Origin: a virus
Taxonomy: Duplodnaviria; Caudoviricetes
Reading direction: 5' to 3' (one strand)
Length of the DNA: 64,000 nt
Virus record (IMG/VR): IMGVR_UViG_2862178590_000001
Span: 1-64,000 of that record
Below the pieces are notes generated by a model. The model was given only the letters and a program-made list of their open reading frames with translations. It was not told the DNA's origin and searched no databases. Within the stretch, counting starts at the first letter, position 1; each line of letters opens with the position of its first letter. This document shows positions 25,381-34,454 of the stretch, piece by piece. The position numbers and the translations under genes were made by a program.

Positions 25381-26526
25381 CTAGTACGAGGTGGTCTGGT
25401 AGTTCTTCAGCACCGCCTGGACGGCACCGCCGTCGGTCGTGTTGTAGATCCCAGAGAGGCTGAAGTCGCCCTGCACGTAGGCCGATCCGAAGTCTCGCTT
25501 GCCCTTGTACCAGCCCGACTTGGACATGGTCAGGGACAGGGACTGGCCGCCGCGGGCCACCGGCTGCGCGAGCGCCGCCGTGGCCGCGGTCTGCGTGTAG
25601 TTGAGGTACAGGTTCATGTCGAGCTGGTTCTCGAAAATGCACTTGTAGGTGCCGTCGACCTCGATCGGCCCGGCGAACACCTCGCGCGGCGTCTGCGTAC
25701 CATCACTGCTGGCGATGGCTTCGGTGGCGCGCTTGACGGTCGCGTCGAACGACAGGCCGCGCGTCGAGCTGGCCCCGCCGTTGGTCATGGTCCAGGACCA
25801 GCCGAGCAGCGGGTCATAGGTGCTGAACGTCTCCGACTGGGTGGTCTGCACGACGGACGGGAACGACACGTACTTCAGCGACGCAGTGACCACACCCTTC
25901 GGGTCAATCTTCAACTGGAGGTCGGAGAGGCGGCAGTACGAGCACGACAGTGTCTGCGTCGTGTCGTAGATCGTCAGCGAGTACGTCGGCAGCGGGGTCG
26001 TGGACTGCTTGAACGTGTGCGTGGTCTGCGACACCACGGTCACCGCCGAGTTGTGTCCCTGCGTCAGGCCCGTCGCCGGGACCGTGATCGGGATCGTGTA
26101 CGGGCCTGAACCCGTCGGCGTCCCGGTGGTGGCGTACTCCACCTTGGTACCGGTATCGATCGCGATGATCGACCCAACGGGAATCGTCGCCGCCGTCGAA
26201 ATCGACGTCGCCCCGGCAATCGTCGACGACGACAGCGTCGTGGACACCCCCGGCGTCACGACGTCCGGGCCGATGATCCCCGCCAGGAAGTGGCCCATCA
26301 GATCGGGATAGGCCATGACGTCCAACTGCCACTCGGCGTGAACGACGCCCTGGTACATGCCCTGCAGCACCGTGTCATTGCCGCGGACGGACTCGTCCTT
26401 CAGCTCGGTGAACATGTCCTCGAAGTCGCCCTTGGTGAAAGGGATTCCGACCGTGGGAGCCAGCCACGTGCCCGGGGTGACCTCCCTGGAGAGGCCGACA
26501 GTAGCGAGACGACTGATCTGGGTCAC
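25381..26526 (-). CDS. Major tail tube protein with inserted domain
   Basis: LATVGLSREVTPGTWLAP N-terminus; position; ends with LKNYQTTSY. Confidence 0.82.
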   Translation of the reverse strand: MTQISRLATVGLSREVTPGTWLAPTVGIPFTKGDFEDMFTELKDESVRGNDTVLQGMYQGVVHAEWQLDVMAYPDLMGHFLAGIIGPDVVTPGVSTTLSSSTIAGATSISTAATIPVGSIIAIDTGTKVEYATTGTPTGSGPYTIPITVPATGLTQGHNSAVTVVSQTTHTFKQSTTPLPTYSLTIYDTTQTLSCSYCRLSDLQLKIDPKGVVTASLKYVSFPSVVQTTQSETFSTYDPLLGWSWTMTNGGASSTRGLSFDATVKRATEAIASSDGTQTPREVFAGPIEVDGTYKCIFENQLDMNLYLNYTQTAATAALAQPVARGGQSLSLTMSKSGWYKGKRDFGSAYVQGDFSLSGIYNTTDGGAVQAVLKNYQTTSY

Positions 26527-26738
26527 GGCTGCGGCTCCTCACCGACGGGCGCCGACTCGGCGGGCGCGGCCTTCTTGCTGCGGGTGGTCTTGGGGGCATC
26601 CGCCTCGCCGGGCGGCGCGTCCTCGACGGGTTCGAAACCGGCGATCGGGTGGGGCCAGTCGACGGTGTCGCCGGGCTGGACGGTCGCCGGGATGTCCGGC
26701 ACGTCCACCGCGGCCTCGTGGGTACTGCGCTGAAGCAC
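26523..26738 (-). CDS. Small virion-module protein
   Basis: Overlaps the tube gene start; Pro/Ala-rich tail. Confidence 0.6.
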   Translation of the reverse strand: MLQRSTHEAAVDVPDIPATVQPGDTVDWPHPIAGFEPVEDAPPGEADAPKTTRSKKAAPAESAPVGEEPQP

Positions 26739-26797
26739 GGGGGCCTCCGGGCATGCGAAAGACCCCCGCGACAGCAGGGGCCAGAACGGGGTGAAGG

Positions 26798-27280
26798 TCA
26801 GCCGGTGATCTCGGTGTCGTCGGCGAAGTAGGTGATTTCGGCGTGGAATTCGGCGAAGCCGAGCGTCTGCTCGGGGTCGGTGAACCGCACCGTCACGTAC
26901 TCGGGGTTCTCGGCCACGGACAGGAACCGACCGCCGTGGGACTTGTCGCCGACAAAGCCGCCGATGCGGGTCAGCAGCAGGTCGACGGCTGTATCGAAGG
27001 CCCGCTGATCGTCCTCGGCACGGCCCTGGCCGCTACTCAGCGGCCAGACCAGCTTGAGGGCGAACTCGTAGGTGGGCATCCTTCGGACGTGCGCGAACCG
27101 TTTCTCGTGGATCTGACGCCTGAGGACGAACACGTTCGAGGAGCGCTTGCCGGGGGTTCTCGGCTGGTACGCCTGGATGTTGCCCCACGGGCCGCCCACA
27201 CTGGCCAACAGCGCCGGCAGGCCGTCGCCGGACGCGTTCAGCCAGGCGACCTCGCGGTCCACCGCGTCAGCAGTCGACAC
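26798..27280 (-). CDS. Tail terminator-like protein
   Basis: Position and size; alternating beta/alpha pattern. Confidence 0.6.
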   Translation of the reverse strand: MSTADAVDREVAWLNASGDGLPALLASVGGPWGNIQAYQPRTPGKRSSNVFVLRRQIHEKRFAHVRRMPTYEFALKLVWPLSSGQGRAEDDQRAFDTAVDLLLTRIGGFVGDKSHGGRFLSVAENPEYVTVRFTDPEQTLGFAEFHAEITYFADDTEITG

Positions 27281-27283
27281 GCC

Positions 27284-27808
27284 TCACCTCCTGCGGCGTC
27301 GTGTGCGGATGCGGGTGGACTTCTTTACGTGGTGGCGGCCGAAGTGCGTGCCCCGGTGGTGTCGCAGCCCGAACCGAGTCGTGCGGTTGTGGTGGTGGCG
27401 GAGCCCGAAATGAGTGGCCATGCGGCTGACGCGCTTCCGTCCGCTACGGGTGCGGTGCGCTGTGGTGGTCCTGTGCCCGGCCACCCGTGGATGCGTCGTC
27501 CCGGGACGTCGCCCGGCCGTCGGGTGATGCCGCCCTTTCAGCCGGGACGAGATCTTCGCCCGTGTCGCCGCGGACACCGCGTGCCCTTTGTGGTGGCGGC
27601 CCTTGAGCTTGGCGGAGATCTTCGCCCGGGTGGTTGCCGAGAGGCGGTGTCCCTTGTGGCGGGGGTGTTTGCCCCTGAGGGCGCGGGCGATCTTGGCGCG
27701 TGCCGCTGCCGAGATCTTGTGGCCCTTGTGGGGGTGTTTCTTGCCCTTCATGCGGGCCGAGAGTTTCGCCCGGGTTGCGGCCGACACCACCCGCTTGCGG
27801 CGGGCCAC
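27284..27808 (-). CDS. Extremely basic R/H/K protein with four NUMOD3-like repeats
   Basis: S-AATRAKIS-x2-LKG-x-H repeated four times; no Asp or Glu; in operon with 2-3 nt gaps. Confidence 0.75.
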   Translation of the reverse strand: MARRKRVVSAATRAKLSARMKGKKHPHKGHKISAAARAKIARALRGKHPRHKGHRLSATTRAKISAKLKGRHHKGHAVSAATRAKISSRLKGRHHPTAGRRPGTTHPRVAGHRTTTAHRTRSGRKRVSRMATHFGLRHHHNRTTRFGLRHHRGTHFGRHHVKKSTRIRTRRRRR

Positions 27809-27810
27809 GG

Positions 27811-28473
27811 TCAGCGCCGGGTGTACGGGGCGAGCATCTCCAGCGCGTCCGACCTGAGCGCGTCCGGGTCATGCCCGGAGCGTCCGTCGACGGGGTCGAG
27901 CTGCTTCACCGCCATCGACGCGGCCATGTACTGGCACGCCTGCACGAGGTCGGCGGGCACCGTGCTGTAGCCGCCCGAATAGACCACCTGAATTGTGGTG
28001 CCCGGCGGGACGAACGTGCCCAAGGCGAAACGCACATGCCCGGTGTCAGGCTCGTACTGGATCGCCGAGACGGACACGGACTGCTGCCCGGAGAATGACC
28101 TGAACAGGCTGATTGAGGAGATGCTGCCCGTCCACAACTCCGGGTAGCGGGGCGGGTGCTCGCGGACCCAGAAATGCCGGGTCAGCAGCGTCGAGCCGAG
28201 CGACTGGGCGCGGGAGAAGCCGAGTTGCGACGTCGGATCGAGGGGGACGTAGGCGTCCATCGCATCCTCAATGTCCATCGCGTCCGCGCGCTGCGTCTCC
28301 ACCACCCCCGTAAACGGCGCCAGGCGCCGGTCGCATGCCGACTCGCAGGCGCGCGTGGCCTGGAGCATCAAGTTCGACTGGGCCGTGGTCGAGTAGCCGG
28401 ACACCAGGTTCGCGAACGGGCCTTCAGTGAAGGACGCCACTGACGCAAGAGGGGTCGGATTGTCGACAGCCAA
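27811..28473 (-). CDS. Head-tail adaptor (gp6/gp15-like)
   Basis: VVYSGGYSTVPADLVQAC; ends LAPYTRR. Confidence 0.78.
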   Translation of the reverse strand: MAVDNPTPLASVASFTEGPFANLVSGYSTTAQSNLMLQATRACESACDRRLAPFTGVVETQRADAMDIEDAMDAYVPLDPTSQLGFSRAQSLGSTLLTRHFWVREHPPRYPELWTGSISSISLFRSFSGQQSVSVSAIQYEPDTGHVRFALGTFVPPGTTIQVVYSGGYSTVPADLVQACQYMAASMAVKQLDPVDGRSGHDPDALRSDALEMLAPYTRR

Positions 28474-28516
28474 GCCCGCTCACCCCCTTCTTCCGTAGGC
28501 GGACGGGCGGTTGCTG

Positions 28517-28846
28517 CTACTCGGAGTTCTCGGACTGCGCCGTCTTGCGGGGGCGCCCACGTTTCGTCCGGGCCGGCGCCTCGACGACCTCGGCATCGGC
28601 CTCCGCCGCAGCCGTCTCACCGTCGTCGGCGGGTGCCTCGATCACCTCAGCAGGTGCCTCGGCGGCGGCCCCGTCCTGCTTGCCGCCGCTGGCGGCCGGC
28701 GCTTCGGCTTCGACGAAACCTGCGTCGGGGATGGCCATGAGATCGAGACCGAGGTCGTCAGGGACCTCCACCACGTCCTGATCCGTGTTCCACACCAGAT
28801 CACCGGGGGCCGTGCCCGGCACCAGCCGGGTCTTGCGAAGCCACAT
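28517..28846 (-). CDS. Acidic protein with C-terminal AT-hook (KRGRPRK)
   Basis: Motif seen directly; usual post-capsid position. Confidence 0.7.
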   Translation of the reverse strand: MWLRKTRLVPGTAPGDLVWNTDQDVVEVPDDLGLDLMAIPDAGFVEAEAPAASGGKQDGAAAEAPAEVIEAPADDGETAAAEADAEVVEAPARTKRGRPRKTAQSENSE

Positions 28847-29093
28847 CTGCCTGCCCTCCTGTCGTCTTCGCTGTCTTCTTCACGGATTTCAGCAGCTTCT
28901 TGAGGAGCTTCTTCTCCGTCTTGTCCAGCTGCTTGGGGTCCTGGATGGCTTCCCAGCGGCGGAAGAAGTCCTCCTCGAAGGAGACGTGCGCTGGGCACAC
29001 CATGTAGCCCTTGACGATCGTCTGCGCCGGAACCTGGTCGCCGTGGAACAAGTCCACGACACACAGACCGGGCGGGGGCGGCATGTCCGCCAC
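28800..29093 (-). CDS. Hypothetical protein
   Basis: GGAGG upstream of GTG; Lys-rich helix. Confidence 0.55.
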   Translation of the reverse strand: MADMPPPPGLCVVDLFHGDQVPAQTIVKGYMVCPAHVSFEEDFFRRWEAIQDPKQLDKTEKKLLKKLLKSVKKTAKTTGGQADVASQDPAGAGHGPR

Positions 29094-29169
29094 AGGAGAC
29101 CTCCAGGAATGGCGAGAGGCCCGCGCGCGGCGCGGGCCTCTCGGGGGGGGGCGAACCGTCGACCGGCCC

Positions 29170-30534
29170 TTACAGGGCTGCGGCCACTCGCGAGAGCCTC
29201 CCGACGTACTTAGGCGCCCGGACAGCGAGCGTCGAGTCCGTCAATACAGCGAACGGGAGCGAGTCGGGGCTGGTGACGGTAGGCGCCAGCGGCAGGATCT
29301 GCATGTCGCGCACGTAGGGGCGGACCAGGAAGTTCGGGTCCCTCGGCACGAGGTAGATGTCCTCCTGTGCGGCGTTGCCCGAGGAGCGGGGCAGCGCACC
29401 GGTGTTGGTGCCCTGGTAGCCGGTCGCGCCGGTGTTGCCGGAACTGTTGGTGAGCAGGTTCGACCCGATGTCGATGATCGAGGTGACCGCAGTGCCGGTC
29501 GTGTCGAATGCGTCGACGGTACCGAGGAGGGACTCGGTGCCGGTCGACGTGGACCGGTAGACCTTGTACAGGATCGGGGAGGCGCCGTCCGGCAGGCCGG
29601 TCGGCGTGGAGAAGCTCAGGGTCACGGTGGAGGTGGTGCCGGTGGTGACCTGGGAGACCTCAGTGGACGCACCGATCTCACCGAACCGCGCCACGACAGC
29701 GGAGACCTTGTAGTAGTAGGTCGCCGCCGCGAGGCTGCCGCCGGTGGTGGCGGTCGCCGTGGCGACGGTGCTCATGGTGTTGGTGCGCGGCGACAGGAAC
29801 GACGACCTGATGATGGGGATGTCGCGGTACGTCGGCACGTTCAGGCCGCCGCCGAGCGCGGTGGTGGGTGCGGTGAATCGCTGCTGGGCGACGAACGCCT
29901 GCGACACGGCCGAGGCCATGCGCGGCGACATGACGAGCATGAAGTTCGAGCCGGGCAACATCGCGGCGTTGGTGTCCACCAGGTCGATGAGCTGGTCGAG
30001 GTAGTGCAGCGAAAAGCTGCTGTTGACGTCGATGGCGTTGACGTAGTTGTTGGAGCCGGCGCCCGCCGTCCAGTTGCTGACGAGGTAGTCCAGGCCGGAG
30101 CAGATCGGGTACTGGCCGTTCGCGGTGGCGCCGTCGCTGCCCCAGATGAACGAGTTCTCCAGGGTGTACAGCATTGACGTGACGGTGCCGTCGAGTTCGA
30201 TCTGCCGGAGGTCACCTACGACGTCCCTCGTGACCGCCTGGGCGAAGCCGGTCACGGCGCCGACGGCCTGGAACAAGCGGATGTTGAACACGGCCTGCTC
30301 GTAGGTGCTGTTGCCGATCGGGCGGGCGCCGCCGTCGACGACACCACCGGAGTCCGGGCGGGACACGCGGCGGTTGAAGAAGTACTGCGTGCTGTTCCAG
30401 GCGCGGGTGGGGATCACCGCGAGGAGCGGCGAGTACCGGCGCTGGTATTCCAGGAGCAGTGGGTCGATGCTCTTGGGGATAAGCGGACTTACGGCACCTG
30501 CCGTAGTGATGGCTTCTTCCAGCTCAGTGGGCAT
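29170..30534 (-). CDS. Major capsid protein (HK97 fold, SU10/Twort-like) with Ig/Fn3-like insertion
   Basis: After the scaffold; C-terminal LPLA...FAVL....LAVRAPK; insertion TYYYKVSAV...YKVYRS. Confidence 0.85.
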   Translation of the reverse strand: MPTELEEAITTAGAVSPLIPKSIDPLLLEYQRRYSPLLAVIPTRAWNSTQYFFNRRVSRPDSGGVVDGGARPIGNSTYEQAVFNIRLFQAVGAVTGFAQAVTRDVVGDLRQIELDGTVTSMLYTLENSFIWGSDGATANGQYPICSGLDYLVSNWTAGAGSNNYVNAIDVNSSFSLHYLDQLIDLVDTNAAMLPGSNFMLVMSPRMASAVSQAFVAQQRFTAPTTALGGGLNVPTYRDIPIIRSSFLSPRTNTMSTVATATATTGGSLAAATYYYKVSAVVARFGEIGASTEVSQVTTGTTSTVTLSFSTPTGLPDGASPILYKVYRSTSTGTESLLGTVDAFDTTGTAVTSIIDIGSNLLTNSSGNTGATGYQGTNTGALPRSSGNAAQEDIYLVPRDPNFLVRPYVRDMQILPLAPTVTSPDSLPFAVLTDSTLAVRAPKYVGRLSRVAAAL

Positions 30535-30650
30535 GGAAGCGCCTCCTTTTCATGCGAAAGCCCCGCACCGTGGTGGCCGGGCGGGGCTGGAAGTGACGGG
30601 GGATGCGAAAGGCCCCACCGGGGGTGAGGCCTTGGAGGAGGTGCTGCTGC

Positions 30651-32663
30651 CTACTGGGCGGCGTTCTGGGGGGCTGCGGGGATGCCGATGGCGCCGAGGA
30701 GGATGCTCGCCCGGTCCTCGAACAGGTCGGCTGCGGTGTCGGGGGCCTTGTCGTTCTCGTGGACGCGGTAGCCCTGGCGCGCGGGGAGGCCGTTCTCGCG
30801 GAGGAGGGTCTCGCGCAGTTCGTCGCGCTGCTGGGTGAGCGCTTCGGTGAGCTTGGCGTCGAAGGAGGCCTGGAGATCGGCGACGGTCTCTGCGAGGGCG
30901 GCCTTGCGTGCCTTCTTCGACTCCTTGGCCTCCTTGGCGGGCTTCGCCTCGGCGGTCTCCTTGGCTTCGGTCTGCGGCTGTGCGGGGGCCTTCTCGCCGA
31001 CGGCGGCGAGGACCGGGGCCATGGCTTCCTTGAGGCTGTTGCCGAAGATCGCGCCGAGAGCTGCGAGGTCGGCGTCGGTGAGAGACCGGGCGGGGGCTGC
31101 CTCGGCCTGGGTGGATTCCTTGGTGGGCTCGCCCATGGCGGCCTCCTCCTCGGTGTTGGTGGTGGCCGCGCCCTGGGCGGGCGGGGCGGTCTCTGCGGGG
31201 GCGTCGGTCGCGGGGCGATCGGCCGGGAAGGGCCGGTATGACCCCGCTCCCTTCGCCTCCTGGCGCAGGAGGATGCGTAGGACGGCCTCATCGAGGCCAT
31301 CCAGGTCCGAGGGCCTCGGGCGCATCTGATTCGACACGAGGTTCTGCAGAGCGCTATCTGTGAGGGCGCCTTCTCCGGCCTGGATGCGTACCTCGTTGAC
31401 GGTTTGGAAGCCAGCCGGGGCGGATTCCATGCTGTCGTCCGCGCTCACGCCTTCGTCGCCGCTGTCGCCGTCGGTGTCGGCGTGGGGGGCGCCGTCGATG
31501 TCGATGTCGGCGTCCATGTCGGGGTCCATCGCCTGGAGGGCGTCGACGGCGGCGGTCATGGCGGCGGCGGTGATGACGCGGAGTTCGGCGGGGTCGATGC
31601 CGCAGGCGCGCATGGTGAGGGAGATCGGGCCGTTGTAGGCGTCGATGCAGAATCCTGCGCCGCCGCCGGGTCCGTCGGGGTAGTACTCGCGGATCTCCCC
31701 GAGCCGGGTACTGGCGGTCTCCTTCATGCTGCCGTCCTTGTTCCAGGTGTCGGGGATCATGCCGGTGAGGCCGAGGGCCTTGGCGCGGGCGATGATGTGG
31801 GCGCGGATCCGGTCGTGGTCGGCGCCGCCCCGGCCAACTGCCTTGATGGCCTTGCGGAGATCCGACTTGGACTTGATGGGGTACGACGGATCGCCCTGGG
31901 CGTTGGTCATCGCCTGGCCCTTGTCGGCCATGTCGCGCTTCTGCTTCGCCGAGTACGCCTCGTTCGCGACGATCGTGCGGGCGGCTGCCGCGATCTGCTG
32001 CCCCCAGGTCGGGTCAACCCGTTCCTGGTTCCAGGTGAGCGCAAGCTCTCCGACCGGGCCGTCTGCGGTGATGCGGTGGAACTCGTGCGGGCCCGCAGGC
32101 GGCGCCTCTTCGGTGATGGGCTCGACGGTGGCTTCGATGCTTTCGCTGATCGGCGTGCGCCCGGCCATCGACTCGGCCGGTGCACGACCATCCAGGTACG
32201 AGGCTGCGGCCACCGACGCGCCAGGCACACCGGGGGTCGCCGTGAAGTCCAGCGCGTCGATCTCCAGGTCGTCTCCGGTGGTGACGCTCTCGCCGTCGTG
32301 CTTGACCTGCTTGACCGGGCCGAGCCAGTAACCGTGGATAGACACGGACTTGAGAGCGGGTTCCTTGCCGGTGATGAGGGCCGCGATGTCGCGCCCGGCC
32401 GCCGTGTCGTAGAGGTCGGCGCGGTAGCGGGCCGCGCCGTCTTCGCCGACCTTGACGTCGGTGAGGCGGCCGACGATGCGGGTGCTGTCATCCCCGGCCT
32501 CGTGGTGCGAACGCATGACGATGGGCAGACCGTCGGGGTCGGCGATCCGCTCGGACATCCGCGCAGCCGCCTTGGCGATCAACTCGGCTGAGTACAGGCG
32601 TCGGTTACGGGACACGCCGGGGGTGAGCATCGTGCCCGAGATGGTGGCGATCCGCTTGTCCAC
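30651..32663 (-). CDS. Prohead protease - DUF6582-like - scaffold fusion
   Basis: SHH, VSIHG, DFTATPG protease motifs; SYPIKSKSDLRKAI..GRG..HII.RAKALG..IP.TW; C-terminal coiled coil. Confidence 0.8.
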   Translation of the reverse strand: MDKRIATISGTMLTPGVSRNRRLYSAELIAKAAARMSERIADPDGLPIVMRSHHEAGDDSTRIVGRLTDVKVGEDGAARYRADLYDTAAGRDIAALITGKEPALKSVSIHGYWLGPVKQVKHDGESVTTGDDLEIDALDFTATPGVPGASVAAASYLDGRAPAESMAGRTPISESIEATVEPITEEAPPAGPHEFHRITADGPVGELALTWNQERVDPTWGQQIAAAARTIVANEAYSAKQKRDMADKGQAMTNAQGDPSYPIKSKSDLRKAIKAVGRGGADHDRIRAHIIARAKALGLTGMIPDTWNKDGSMKETASTRLGEIREYYPDGPGGGAGFCIDAYNGPISLTMRACGIDPAELRVITAAAMTAAVDALQAMDPDMDADIDIDGAPHADTDGDSGDEGVSADDSMESAPAGFQTVNEVRIQAGEGALTDSALQNLVSNQMRPRPSDLDGLDEAVLRILLRQEAKGAGSYRPFPADRPATDAPAETAPPAQGAATTNTEEEAAMGEPTKESTQAEAAPARSLTDADLAALGAIFGNSLKEAMAPVLAAVGEKAPAQPQTEAKETAEAKPAKEAKESKKARKAALAETVADLQASFDAKLTEALTQQRDELRETLLRENGLPARQGYRVHENDKAPDTAADLFEDRASILLGAIGIPAAPQNAAQ

Positions 32664-32881
32664 TAGGCCCTCCCCTTGCGCGTGGTGATGGTCGGCCTCG
32701 GTTGGCGGCGGGTTCCGGCGACGAGGCGCAGGATCGCGGCCCGCACGCGCGGGTTGGTGTCGATCGCTTCGAGGAGCCGTTCAGTGAACTCGGCCTCGTC
32801 GGCTGCGGCTTCAACGTCGGCGAGCGTCACGGCCTTGCGGGTAGCGCGCTTCTTGGGCGGGATCTCGTACACGTTGATCAC
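32663..32881 (-). CDS. Hypothetical protein
   Basis: GTG overlaps the upstream stop; TAG overlaps the downstream GTG. Confidence 0.55.
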   Translation of the reverse strand: MINVYEIPPKKRATRKAVTLADVEAAADEAEFTERLLEAIDTNPRVRAAILRLVAGTRRQPRPTITTRKGRA

Positions 32882-33384
32882 CGCCCGACCACCGACGCCG
32901 AGAACGTGATCGCCGTTGGGCTCCCTGTGCTGCTCCACCCGAAGCGAGCCGTGCCCGTGAGCACCGCGGTGACGACGCCGGTAGCGGCCGGGAACGGGCC
33001 GATCTGCACGCTGGTCACCCCGGCGCTGGTCAGGGATCCGCTCGTCCACACCCGGTACCAGACGCCGTCGGAGCCGAGCCGGTCCGCGAAGAAGGTGACA
33101 GCTGGGCTGCTGCCGCCGGTGAAGCCCACGAGGGTGATGTCGACTGCGAGCGCGGACACGGCCGCGGTCGAGAAGGACACCCCGGCGTTGCTCACCGCCT
33201 GAGCGCCAGACAGGTAGGTGATGAACGTCGTGGTCGTCGTGGACGTGGTCACCGGCACGCTCGTGCCGCCCACCACGCCCTGGATCGACGTGACGCTGGA
33301 CGCCGGACTGCCCGCCGTACCGGAGGCGGAGCCGATCACGTTGCCGTTGTTGTCGACCGGCGTGAACACCGGATTTGTAGGCAT
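32878..33384 (-). CDS. Beta-rich virion protein (decoration-like)
   Basis: S/T/G/V-rich, inside the head module. Confidence 0.6.
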   Translation of the reverse strand: MPTNPVFTPVDNNGNVIGSASGTAGSPASSVTSIQGVVGGTSVPVTTSTTTTTFITYLSGAQAVSNAGVSFSTAAVSALAVDITLVGFTGGSSPAVTFFADRLGSDGVWYRVWTSGSLTSAGVTSVQIGPFPAATGVVTAVLTGTARFGWSSTGSPTAITFSASVVGR

Positions 33385-33399
33385 CAGATCCTCCAGGTC

Positions 33400-34176
33400 T
33401 CAGAGCGGCACCAGGCAGCAGCGGCAGCGGGCGTGAGCGGGCAACGTCGGCGCGCCGAGCAGGCTGTAGGGGCTGGCGGTCTCTCGGGACAGGCAGAGCT
33501 CGCAGACGCGTGCGTCGCCTGCGGTCATCCAGACCACCGCTTGGGCGCCGGCGCCGAGGTAGGCGGCGAGCATTCCGGCCCCGTAGGCGGCGGAAACTGT
33601 GACGTCGGCGGCGAGCTCCACGTCGAGTCCCTCATCGAGGGTGACCTCGGCGTCACCCGCAGGGTCTTCGTCGCTGTCGGCCATGGAGCGTCCGGCCCGG
33701 GTGGCGCCGGCTGTCAAGGCGGAGGAGAGGACGGCGGTCGCGGTGGCGTCGGCTCTGTCGTCGCTCAAGTCGGGTGAGCCGATGGCGTAGGGGTTCTCGG
33801 GTTCGTCGAGGTCGCTGTCGTCGGCCTCGTCGCGGGTGACGAGGGCATGTCCGGCGGTCCATCCGGCTCGGTGGGCGCGCTGCGCGGCGAGAGCGAGGGC
33901 GGCTCGGGTGCGGCGCCAACTGCGGGCGGCGAGCGTCGCGGCGACGGCTTGGGCTGCCGCTTGCCGCCGGTGCCGCTCCGCAGGGGTGAGCGCTTCGCCG
34001 ATTGCGAGCCGCCAGGCGTCGACGGCCGGACCCAGGTTGAGGCCGTGCAGGTCGGCCCGCCAGGCCGCGCTGACGATCGCGTCAGCGGTGGCGTGCAGGG
34101 CGAGGCGGCGGGCGTAAACCGGCCGCCAGATGCCTTGGAGGCTGCCGATCTGGAGGGTGGCGTCAGGCACGGCCAC
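33400..34176 (-). CDS. Minor head protein (Mu F / SPP1 gp7-like)
   Basis: WMTAGDARVCELC...PAHARCRC. Confidence 0.8.
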   Translation of the reverse strand: MAVPDATLQIGSLQGIWRPVYARRLALHATADAIVSAAWRADLHGLNLGPAVDAWRLAIGEALTPAERHRRQAAAQAVAATLAARSWRRTRAALALAAQRAHRAGWTAGHALVTRDEADDSDLDEPENPYAIGSPDLSDDRADATATAVLSSALTAGATRAGRSMADSDEDPAGDAEVTLDEGLDVELAADVTVSAAYGAGMLAAYLGAGAQAVVWMTAGDARVCELCLSRETASPYSLLGAPTLPAHARCRCCLVPL

Positions 34177-34256
34177 CCCCTCAACTCAGCCGATCCGCTT
34201 GGCGATCAGCGGCCCTACGTCCTGCGCGCGCGTCGGATGCCCGGGTCCCATAGAGG

Positions 34257-34454
34257 TCACCATCCCTCCTGCTCGATGGGGGCGAGGAATTCGTCGGGGC
34301 CCGGCAGGCCGTGGCAGGCCATGTAGTCGGCGAGTTCCTCCATAGAAAGGAACGGGCCCGCGAGATGGCCCGCGTTGTGGGCGTACCAGCGGACGTGGAA
34401 GCCGCCGAGCCGGTCGGCATCCAGCTCATTGGCGTGTCCTCGCAGCGCGGTCAC
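34257..34454 (-). CDS. Hypothetical protein
   Basis: GTG overlaps the portal stop. Confidence 0.5.
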   Translation of the reverse strand: MTALRGHANELDADRLGGFHVRWYAHNAGHLAGPFLSMEELADYMACHGLPGPDEFLAPIEQEGW

